Both the position numbers and the translations under genes were made by a program. Shown here in pieces: positions 12,701-20,000 of a DNA stretch of 20,000 nucleotides; the stretch's first letter is position 1, and every line of letters starts with the position of its first letter. Source of the DNA: Priapulus caudatus (lineage: Eukaryota). Below the pieces are notes generated by a model. The model ran no database searches, was not told the DNA's origin, and saw nothing but the letters and a program-made list of their open reading frames with translations. Location: positions 317,936 through 337,935 of the forward strand of contig NW_014577074.1 of the NCBI RefSeq assembly GCF_000485595.1. Reading direction: 5' to 3'.

Positions 12701-15700
12701 CCGTCGCGAGGGCCAGCATCCTCATCCTCCGTGTCGCCGTCGCCAGCATCCGCAACCTGTCGCCATGACAACAGTTATAATTAAACGCGCGCGACGACAG
12801 AAGACACTCCACGTTGTTTCAACGGTGGCACAAAACACAACACGCGACACACATACAGAACATGTCACAAGTAATATGCAATACAACGCGGAAAAACTGA
12901 ATCCCCCTGTTTGTATAGTTTTAGAATTTATGAATATATATATAGGAAGCCTCGATAGGAATCCTTGGTACAGAGTTATGAAACGTCGATGCACACAGTG
13001 GTTCTGACTCGAGGCCGGTCGCCCACTTACACGATTTATGCGATCACAGGTTGCGATTGTCAATGCTACATAATAAACGGCGAGATAAAGCTAGCGCACA
13101 CACAAACCACACAAAAAACAGCACTACATGCTGAGCTCGGATGCCTTTTTTTCATGCATGAGAAATGAGTGTGAGTGTGAATTCTGAGAGGAAACATCCA
13201 TACGTTGCCAGGACTTCACATAATGGGATATTCATGAAAGCTGAAATCTTATCTGAAGTTTTGATTTAACTCCACGTTAGAATATCAGGATATTATACTT
13301 ATGGACTAAAACTCACGCCACAAAAAGCGACCACACCTTGGCATTACGATTTCATTATAGATCTGCGTGAAAATAACATGAGTAGCAAAATCTCGACAAA
13401 AAGCTCTGCAAATAAAACAAAATTTCACAGCTATGACAGAATTTGTATCGAATCTGTCAAGTTATTGGTACATGCAAAGCACATCGACTGGTAACCGAGC
13501 AACAAGGCATTGAGACTGAGGCTTCCCGTGCGCGTATTAATCCGCGCATGCATAGCATCGATTATTACACTGTGCACCATGCCATGTCGACAAGACAGTC
13601 CTACATACCTGCGCCTTTCTCTCTGTTTCCTACACAATAATACAACAATTTACTACAATAGGCAATTTAACTCAAATCGCATAAAGATATCAATAATATA
13701 AGAGTAATTTTTTAATGCTGTATCAAATGCCGGTGAGTGTAATGCAAAGTATTCCACATTCAAAAACATGTGAAATGATGGTGAACAGATGCTGGCATTG
13801 TTCTGTATTAATAACACCTTCATTAATCATAAACCAACCCACACTTAGTCATTTTTTCTAGTTTTCCAGGACTTCAATGGTCCATTTTCTATTACTGTAA
13901 TATTTTAGTCGAAAGTCACTGTGTCCTGTATCGTCCAATCAGCACTTTTACATAAAGCAAATGGTATTCCCTTTCAGATAAGATTTTCCCAGACCACTGC
14001 CTATTTTCAAGGACTTTCCAGCCGTGCAAAAAGTGGCATTTCAAAACCCTGAGACTTTCCAGGATCACAACCTATTCACCAGGACCTTCCAGACCTGGAA
14101 AATGTCACATTAAAATCACAGGACAGTCCAGGTTTTCCATGAACCCGCCACGAGGTTGCCCCCCCCCCCCCGTAAACGAGAGTGCATCAGGCTTCCTACC
14201 TCTTTCTGCTGCTGCGACTGCTTCCAGAGTTTGACAGGGTCGGAGTCGTAGCCGCGATCCACCAGCATCTTGATGATGTCCACCTTCTTCTTGTTCTCTG
14301 CGGAGGAGAAAAGCGAAGACATGGCGTGGAACACTCACTTATGAAACACTCGAATATCATCACGCATCACTTAACATGTTTTGAAAGCTCATTAGCTCTC
14401 AACACCATTAATTAGAATGTATTGACTCGACCCGTAACGTCTTCCATTCGGTAATATTTACTTGACCTAATCAATAAATAACATGAGGTGTACTGAGCTA
14501 TGCACAAAACAACACGCAATACTATATCGGAGCGAGATAACATACTAAGGCCTGGCGAGTTGGTCCAATTACCATGTGTTTTTCACGTGTTAATGCCAGA
14601 TTAATAGACTTTGCTGCACTTTGTTGACAAGAATTGTGTTTTAGAAAGTCCTATCAGAACAATGATTGGCTAAAGATGTCTGTTATTTACGACAAATAAG
14701 TACAAGGGAAATATAACACCGAAAAAGTTAAATGACTTAACATTGACATTAGGACAAAAACATTTTCTGACAACGGGTATAAAGACGCCACCACTCGTAT
14801 AACAACGCCTCCACTCGTGTAATGACGCCGCCACTCGTGTAACCACGCCGCCACTCGTGCAACGACGCCGTGACTCGTGTCACGATGCCACCACTCGTGT
14901 AACGTCGCCACCACTCGTGTAACGACGCCACCACTCGTGTAACGACGCCGCCACTCGTGTAACGACGCCGCCACTCGTGCAACGACGCCGCCACTCGTGT
15001 AACGATGCCGCCACTCGTGTAATGACGCCGCCACTCGTGTAACCACGCCGCCACTCGTGTAACGACGCCGCCACTCGTGTAACGACGCCGCCACTCGTGT
15101 AACCACGCCGCCACTCGTGTAACGACGCCGCCACTCGTGTAACGACGCCACCACTCGTGTAACGATGCCTCCACTCGTGTAACGACACCGCCACTCGTGT
15201 AACGACGCCGCCACTCGTGCAACGACGCCGCCACTCGTGCAACGACGCCGCCACTCGTGTAACGACGCCGCCACTCGTGTAACGACGCCGCCACANNNNN
15301 NNNNNNNNNNNNNNNNNNNNNNNNNNNNNNNNNNNNNNNNNNNNNNNNNNNNNNNNNNNNNNNNNNNNNNNNNNNNNNNNNNNNNNNNNNNNNNNNNNNN
15401 NNNNNNNNNNNNNNNNNNNNNNNNNNNNNNNNNNNNNNNNNNNNNNNNNNNNNNNNNNNNNNNNNNNNNNNNNNNNNNNNNNNNNNNNNNNNNNNNNNNN
15501 NNNNNNNNNNNNNNNNNNNNNNNNNNNNNNNNCCTACAATAAACACACGCGTAACACAAAGCACTCACAGTATCTGTGCGGGCGTCTTGTCATACCAACG
15601 CCTACAATAAACACACGCGTAACACAAAGCACTCACAGTATCTGTGCGGGCGTCTTGTCATACCAACGCCTACAATAAACACACGCGTAACACAAAGCAC

Positions 15701-18700
15701 TCACAGTATCTGTGCGGGCGTCTTGTCATACCAACGCCTACAATAAACACACGCGTAACACAAAGCACTCACAGTATCTGTGCGGGCGTCTTGTCGGTGC
15801 CTAGGATCATCGGTTCGAGCACGCTCTCCTTGTACGCCTGCGTCCACGTGCGCACAGGTAGCTCACTAATCTCCACCGTCGTGTCGTCGATCACCGACAC
15901 CTCGCCCGTCACGACGACCCGGTCCTCCGACAGCGACTGAATATCGCCCTTAAAGTTCTTGAAGAACGGCAGCTGTCGCGCAAACGGAAAATCGGGAAAT
16001 TTTACGTATATACACATGCAGATGGCAATTATTACCTAAAGTAGATGATGGGTAATTTAAATCGTTAGTAAATTATTTCTTAATTATAAATTAACGACGA
16101 CGGCGGTCCCCCCGCGGACATTGTTCTGTTTCATCTTGTTGTGTTGTGCTGCTGTGTCATGCTGCTTTGTGTTGCGCTGTTGCACTGTGTTGTGTCATGC
16201 CGTGTCGTGTCGTGTCGTGCCAACCACTCCATCCTGCTGCGCTCCACTTAACGCTCGCTGCACTCACCATCGGCTCGCACTCCTGATCTCTCATCAGCAG
16301 CCGGATGTTGCGCACGATCTGCCGCGGGTCGTAGTTCGTGACCTTGCAGCTCCAGCCGGTGCCGATGCCCTCGGCTCCGTTGACGAGCACGAGCGGGATG
16401 ATCGGACAGTAGTACTCCGGCTCGATCTTCTGGTTGTCGTCCCACAGGTGGTTGAGACTCGGCTCGTCGTGCGGGTGGATGAGCAGACGCGTCAGCGAAC
16501 TGCGAAGGTGGAGAGACACGGGTTAGAAACCTACACGATGCACAGCAACACAGGGTAACGCGCATCAACACACGGCAATGCGCATCAACAACCTAATAGA
16601 GCACAGTCCGCAGGTAGATGAGCGAACTGCGAAGGTAGAGAGGCAATGGTGACAAACTACAACGACACACAGCAACGACCGCTCAAGACACATCAGCGAC
16701 TGATCAAGACACGGCAGCGACACAGACCCATTCTAACCTACTTGATAGCTTACCTGAGCATGGTGAAGATGTAACGGGGGCTGCTGATCAAGAGACAATT
16801 TATACCCCAACCTACTCAATAGCTTACCAGAGCATAGTGAGATATAATTGGGTCTACTCTAGTTACTTTACATTCTAACCTACTCGATAACGTACCTGAG
16901 CATAGTGAAGATGTAACGGGGGCTGGCGCAGTCCTTGCCTCCGTGCAGGCGCGTACCAAACTGACCGATCGGCTGCAGCAGGTTGATGTTGTTGCTGCCG
17001 ACAAAGTTCTGAGCGAGATTCACGATCGTGGTGTTGAGGGATTGCTGCCAAGAAGACGGATCACCATTAGTTGTAATAAAATCGCTGTGTCTGACTACGC
17101 AAACAAACACTAATTTTACTGGTTACTCACAGGCGTGACTTACATCGTTATCACATGTTTACTGACAACACGTCACAACCCTAGTCAAGTGTGCTGCAAA
17201 AAGTGGGTCGAGCGCTGTCCAACGAATATAAATCTATCTTAGTGATAATGACATTACCAAGTTGAAATCACATTAAAAATGCTTCAACGATTGCCTCTGG
17301 CCATGCTCACCAAAATCACACAACTCTAGTAATAATGCAACAAATGAAAGAAATAATAATGAATAGAATAGACAACATAGTAAATAATAATAAATAATAA
17401 ATTGAATAAATAATAATGGTATAATAAAAAGAAAGAATTAATAAACAGTAATAATCGTACGCCCGGCTGCTTACCTCTCCGTGATGGTACGCAGAGAGCT
17501 CGGCTACGGAACCACCTAGCTGCACGACCTTCACCTCACGCTTGTCGTTTCTCTTCAGACAAGTGAACAGCACCTTCCTCTGACCCGGCTTCAGACCTGC
17601 ACAGCATCGACGATTAACCCACCGTATCCGACTGGCGTGATTGACAGATGGCTCTAGCCAATCAACGTCGCAACGAGGCACTCTAAACATGAGACTTAGC
17701 AACGAAGTGCCAGTACAAGGCGACAATTTCTCGTGCATACTTGAAAACCAAGTATAAGCTGGTCTAGCTTGACAAACCCAGCAACGATATGAAAAGAGAG
17801 GGCATGGTTTTCTCGAACAGACGGACATGACCACCATAATAATGAACAGGGCCACCATGATAATGAACAGGGCCACCATGATAATGAACAGGGCCACCAT
17901 GATAATGAACAGGGACTCCATGATAATGAACAGGGCCACCATGATAATGAACAGGGCCACCATGATAATGAACAGGGACTCCATGATAATGAACAGAGCC
18001 ACCATGATAATGAACAGGGCCACCATGATAATGAACAGGACCACCATGATAATGAACAGGGACTCCATGATAATGAACAGGGCCACCATGATAATGAACA
18101 GGGCCACCATGATAATGAACAGGGACTCGTNNNNNNNNNNCACCACTCGTGTAACGACGCCGCCACTCGTGTAACGACATCGCCACTCGTGTAACCACGC
18201 CACCACTCGTGTAACGACGCCGCCACTCGTGTAACGACATCGCCACTCGTGTAACCACGCCACCACTCGTATAACGACGCCGCCACTCGTGTAACGACGC
18301 CGCCACTCGTGTAACGACATCGCCACTCGTGTAACGACGCCGCCACTCGTGTAACGACACCGCCACTCGTGTAACGACGCCTCCACTCGTGTAACGACAT
18401 CGCCACTCGTGTAACGACGCCGCCACTCGTGTAACGACGCCGCCACTCGTGTAACGACATCGCCACTCGTGTAACGTCGCCGCCACTCGTGTAACGACGC
18501 CGCCACTCGTGTAACGACACCGCCACTCGTGTAACGTCGCCTCCACTCGTGCAACGACGCCGCAACTCGTGTAACGACATCGCCACTCGTGCAACGATGC
18601 TACTGCGCAGTGCCCACCAATGACGATGGTGCCCTCTATCTTCTCGAGGATGAAGCGAGCCTGGTTGTCTAACTTGAGTGACTCGGCGGTGAGGATGCCG

Positions 18701-19547
18701 TCGAGGTAGGCCTTGCGAATGTCGTAGCGCGCAAGCCGCATCACGTAGAATTCCTTCAGTATCTCCAGCGCGCTCGTGTACTTCTTAATGCAGCTGTTCT
18801 CATCGAACAGCATCTGCAACGCAGCGAGTTATACGCAGCGATCAGTCTCAGAAATACTTCCGAAAACCCAGCCAGTCTCGCATGTGATCAGATTCGCTTT
18901 GATTTCTGCTATATAAACTCACTGGGACTTAGTAAGTTACCAGTCTCAGATTTCCGACACGAGATTGATTATGGCATAACACGTCAATACATGTTAACTA
19001 GACAGAGGGCACTCAAAAAGAGTGCATACCTCCGTGAGCGTGTAACATGTATACATGTGTATAACAGCTGGCTCGCTGCTGGCTGCTGCTGGCTGCTGCT
19101 GGCTGGACGCCTTAAGGCGAGCTGCTGCTGACTGGACGGCCTAAGGCGAGCTGGTGCTGAATCGATCGCGCCAACGCGTGTAACATGTATACATGTGTAT
19201 AACAGCTGGCTCGCTGCTGGCTACACACACACACGAACACACACACGAACACACACACGAACACACACACGAACACACACACGGGAGCGATTACATTACC
19301 TCCCTGCAACTCCGTTGCGCGGAGGTAATAATGCTAAATAAAGGCTTCACTACAAGTGTAGGTCTCGGGGACCTTGATGGAAATAAAACGAGGAAAGGTT
19401 AGATGTAGTACCATGTTGGACAGCGCTAGTGTTGTCTGCAGCTTGAAGAACTTGTGCAGTCCGAACGCCTCGGCCTGGTACAGCTTCTCCTCCGACATCT
19501 TAATGACGAATCGCACACTCGTGTCCGTGTGATACTCCTTGTAGTCA
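3555..19547 (-). CDS. TOP2: DNA topoisomerase II, partial multi-exon gene (breakage-reunion domain to C-terminus; 21 exons, ~2750 coding nt; 5' part outside window; two exons out of order)
   Basis: Conserved motifs GLKPGQRK, YHHGE, NLAQNFVGSNNINLL, GGKDCASPRYIFT, LVNGAEGIGTGW, ISELPVRTWT, EYHTD, NQARFILEKI. All junctions are phase-consistent when exons are joined in protein order. Confidence 0.97.
4140..4375 (+). mobile_element. Probable Helentron/DINE-like remnant (5' boundary uncertain)
   Basis: TGACCTTTGACC motif near 4203 and terminal stem-loop CATCTGAC-TAT-GTCAGATG (4348-4366) followed by AGCT and an A-run. Confidence 0.45.
4632..4816 (-). CDS. TOP2: TOP2 CTD exon EVHAKKKPAGKKFLYSSEEEEE...SPKKKAPPK
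   Basis: tttcag|AA GTA ... AAG|gtgcgg; 185 nt, phase 1-0; basic NLS-like clusters. Confidence 0.88.
4941..5059. repeat. Compound microsatellite (TA)n / G-rich purine tract / (GA)n
   Basis: Directly visible. Confidence 0.9.
5114..5197 (-). CDS. TOP2: TOP2 CTD exon DDKQPSILLSMGKLSEKRKADDSDDSVQ
   Basis: atgcag|AT GAC ... CAA G|gtgagc; 84 nt, phase 1-1. Confidence 0.83.
5385..5438 (-). CDS. TOP2: TOP2 CTD small exon ADKDEKKKVNRQSKPAKK
   Basis: tttactgaag|CT GAC ... AAA G|gtacgc; 54 nt, phase 1-1; AAG acceptor is less common. Confidence 0.7.
5660..6212. mobile_element. Non-autonomous DNA transposon (MITE-like), 19-bp TIR, 6-bp TSD
   Basis: TAGGGACAGTGATTTTCCG (5660-5678) and its perfect reverse complement (6194-6212). 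CAACAG at 5654-5659 and 6213-6218. Repeated ACGGAAA subterminal motifs. Confidence 0.88.
6388..6426 (-). CDS. TOP2: TOP2 CTD small exon GAAKKTAGPKSKT
   Basis: tgccag|GT GCT ... ACA G|gtatgt; 39 nt, phase 1-1, Lys-rich. Confidence 0.75.
6813..6911 (-). CDS. TOP2: TOP2 CTD exon VANLIENIPSDSDEEANFPSLMDRVSPQASKPT
   Basis: tttcag|TG GCG ... ACA G|gtacag; 99 nt, phase 1-1. Confidence 0.82.
7142..7257 (-). CDS. TOP2: TOP2 CTD exon RSPRKAPQKKAAPILIDDDDDDSISG...ETRKK
   Basis: tatcag|G TCG ... AAA G|gtgatt; 116 nt; phases 2 and 1 fit both neighbours. Confidence 0.85.
8102..8303 (-). CDS. TOP2: TOP2 CTD exon VAKAKYTFSDNEDED...SPRKVAKP
   Basis: cgcag|TT GCC ... CCG AG|gtgcgt; 202 nt; completes an RRAA..K.KYTF acidic motif as in vertebrate TOP2B. 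Confidence 0.9.
8754..8861 (-). CDS. TOP2: TOP2 CTD exon EDAKQPKISFKPLKKPPIVEEEEIIIPREKTERRAA
   Basis: ttgcag|AG GAC ... GCC G|gtgagt; 108 nt. Confidence 0.88.
9300..9441 (-). CDS. TOP2: TOP2 CTD exon AKKTMVKLEFDGEGSDEE...KKVVRKPK (GC donor)
   Basis: cgcag|GCG ... AAA G|gcaagt; 142 nt; phase 1 required by next exon. Confidence 0.85.
10049..10280. repeat. AT-rich degenerate ~85-bp tandem repeat, about 3 copies
   Basis: TGA.G.TCTC.AGA.TAA.AAATATATTAA recurs near 10049, 10137 and 10219. Confidence 0.75.
10321..10443 (-). CDS. TOP2: TOP2 exon VKKCNKEETKPSPMGRRVVPVIDAELRKKAAMANEVKGRAK
   Basis: ctccag|GTG ... AAG|gtaaca; 123 nt; PSP.G.RV.P motif of metazoan TOP2. Confidence 0.9.
10861..10941 (-). 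CDS. TOP2: TOP2 exon KQEARELEDEQSGITKTKKTAKGRVAK
   Basis: ttctag|AAA ... AAG|gtgagt; 81 nt, phase 0-0. Confidence 0.88.
11457..11540 (-). CDS. TOP2: TOP2 exon AVELMVLRGKSGADLWVEDLDAFLEELD
   Basis: ttttag|GCG ... GAC|gtaagt; 84 nt; DLW.EDL motif (absent from ORF track). Confidence 0.93.
11779..12236. mobile_element. Palindromic non-autonomous element with long terminal hairpin and a second inverted repeat pair (possibly Crypton-like)
   Basis: Perfect 45-bp arms at 11779-11823 and 11886-11930. Second pair TTCTCGCATACT (11930-11941) / AGTATGCGAGAA (12225-12236). Family assignment is inference. Confidence 0.7.
12613..12756 (-). CDS. TOP2: TOP2 exon VADAGDG...DYDYLVGMSMWNLTKERKDEILKKKNDK
   Basis: gacag|GTT ... 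AAG|gtgacg; 144 nt; YL.M.MW.LT.E.K motif. Confidence 0.93.
13861..14146. repeat. Degenerate interspersed repeat with multiple TTTCCAGG/GACTTTCCAG motifs (old DNA-transposon remnant?)
   Basis: At least 6 copies of a (GACT)TTCCAG(G) motif in ~290 bp; no intact TIR/TSD seen. Confidence 0.35.
14200..14297 (-). CDS. TOP2: TOP2 exon ENKKKVDIIKMLVDRGYDSDPVKLWKQSQQQKE
   Basis: ccgcag|AG AAC ... GAG|gtagga; 98 nt; RGYDSDPVK motif. Confidence 0.95.
14783..15295. repeat. 20-bp minisatellite (GCCACTCGTGTAACGACGCC)n, runs into N-gap
   Basis: ~25 near-identical copies directly visible. Confidence 0.98.
15296..15532. other. Assembly gap (237 N)
   Basis: Run of N. Confidence 1.
15533..15795. repeat. 68-bp tandem repeat containing the 3' end of a TOP2 exon plus its donor site
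   Basis: CACTCACAG recurs at 15562, 15630, 15698, 15766; last copy overlaps exon 15773-15972. Confidence 0.97.
15773..15972 (-). CDS. TOP2: TOP2 exon LPFFKNFKG...ISELPVRTWTQAYKE...DKTPAQIL
   Basis: gacag|CTG CCG ... ATA CT|gtgagt; 200 nt. Confidence 0.95.
16268..16499 (-). CDS. TOP2: TOP2 exon SLTRLLIHPHD...VLVNGAEGIGTGWSC...CEPM
   Basis: cttcgcag|T TCG ... ATG|gtgagt; 232 nt. Confidence 0.96.
16729..16924. repeat. Three-copy degenerate ~71-bp tandem duplication of exon end plus donor site
   Basis: CATTCTAACCTAC...TACCTGAGCAT.GTGAAGATGTAACGGGGGCTG at ~16729-16783 and ~16871-16924; degenerate middle copy ~16809-16847. Confidence 0.9.
16896..17044 (-). CDS. TOP2: TOP2 exon containing catalytic tyrosine (ASPRYIFTML; Tyr codon 16913-16915)
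   Basis: ggcag|CAA TCC ... CTC AG|gtacgt; 149 nt; NLAQNFVGSNNINLLQPIGQFGTRLHGGKD motif. Confidence 0.96.
17475..17596 (-). CDS. TOP2: TOP2 exon GLKPGQRKVLFTCLKRNDKREVKVVQLGGSVAELSAYHHGE
   Basis: tgcag|GT CTG ... GAG|gtaagc; 122 nt; hallmark type IIA topoisomerase motif. Confidence 0.96.
17826..18128. repeat. 21-bp minisatellite (GCCACCATGATAATGAACAGG)n, runs into N-gap
   Basis: ~14 copies with GCCA/GACT variants. Confidence 0.97.
18131..18140. other. Assembly gap (10 N)
   Basis: Run of N. Confidence 1.
18141..18600. repeat. Same 20-bp minisatellite, starts at N-gap
   Basis: ~23 copies, same unit and orientation as 14783-15295. Confidence 0.98.
18618..18813 (-). CDS. TOP2: TOP2 exon MLFDENSCIKKY...NQARFILEKIEGTIVI (out of order; precedes 14200-14297 in the protein)
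   Basis: Acceptor ttgcag|ATG, donor ATT G|gtgggc; 196 nt; G + AG of exon 14297 gives IVIENKK. Confidence 0.93.
18996..19329 (+). mobile_element. Helentron/DINE-like non-autonomous element
   Basis: 5' AACTAG..GCACTC-N5-GAGTGC hairpin then TACCTCCG; internal (ACACACACACGA)n microsatellite; 3' stem-loop ATTACCTCC..GCAAC.GTTGC..GGAGGTAAT (19295-19329). Confidence 0.65.
19412..19547 (-). CDS. TOP2: TOP2 exon DYKEYHTDTSVRFVIK...LQTTLALSNM (out of order; follows 15773-15972 in the protein)
   Basis: Acceptor ctcag|T GAC TAC, donor ATG|gtacta; 136 nt; phase 2 start matches CT| end of exon 15773-15972. Confidence 0.93.
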
Positions 19548-19574
19548 CTGAGGACGGAACGAGGTAAACAACCA

Positions 19575-20000
19575 CTTACAATAAACGCATGTACGGGTGA
19601 AACACTCACAGTATCTGTGCGGGCATGTTGTTGTGCCATTGCTTACAATAAAAGCACGCGTGTGTGAAACACTCACAGTATCTGCACGTCAATTACGTTG
19701 CTACAATCGTAACGAGATGCGGGCACTGGAGATGAGGGCGTAACATGAAGCACTCACAGTATCTGTGTGGGCGTCTTGTCATACCAACGCTTACAATAAA
19801 CACACGCGTAACACAAAGCACTCACAGTATCTGTGCGGGCGTCTTGTCATACCAACGCCTACAATAAACACACGCGTAACACAAAGCACTCACAGTATCT
19901 GTGCGGGCGTCTTGTCATACCAACGCCTACAATAAACACACGCGTAACACAAAGCACTCACAGTATCTGTGCGGGCGTCTTGTCATACCAACGCCTACAA
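19575..20000. repeat. Same 68-bp tandem repeat (near-perfect copies 19748-20000, degenerate copies 19575-19690)
   Basis: CACTCACAG at 19751, 19819, 19887, 19955; continues past the window end. Confidence 0.96.

Noticed and set aside
14687..15568. Long ORFs with SLHEWRRRYTSGGVVTRVAA repeats
   Set aside because: Translations of a stop-poor 20-bp minisatellite plus an N-gap inside a TOP2 intron; open in several frames at once.
17316..18819. 412/296/351-aa ORFs (HYHGGPV, FIIMVAL repeats)
   Set aside because: Read-through of 20- and 21-bp minisatellites across a gap; only the embedded TOP2 exons are supported as coding.
15533..20000. CRISPR-like appearance of the 68-, 20- and 21-bp arrays
   Set aside because: Units are head-to-tail with no unique spacers, there are no cas genes, and the context is a eukaryotic intron.
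18141..20000. Second TOP2 paralog, trans-splicing or programmed unscrambling as the explanation for exon order
   Set aside because: No exon is present twice, the two displaced exons exactly fill the missing segment, and breakpoints coincide with N-gaps in matching repeats. Misassembly is more parsimonious, though unproven.

Overview
Eukaryotic (invertebrate-animal-like, intron-rich) genomic DNA. It holds the C-terminal ~915 codons of a DNA topoisomerase II (TOP2) gene on the minus strand, traced as 21 phase-consistent exons from GLKPGQRK through the catalytic SPRY tyrosine to the stop at 3555. The N-terminal ATPase/TOPRIM exons lie outside the window. Two exons (19412-19547, 18618-18813) are out of protein order. 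Matching minisatellites at the two N-gaps suggest this block is a misplaced contig belonging in the gap at 15296-15532. Several exon/intron junctions have been tandemly duplicated, creating in-frame cryptic micro-exons, one of which repeats the catalytic-tyrosine motif. Also present: a GC-AG intron, a candidate 15-nt microexon, a 5'-truncated LINE with TSD, a TIR element with a 6-bp TSD, a long hairpin element, Helentron-like elements and several minisatellites. I see no convincing novel biological system. The most unusual signals are the exon scrambling (probably an assembly artefact) and the splice-junction duplications.
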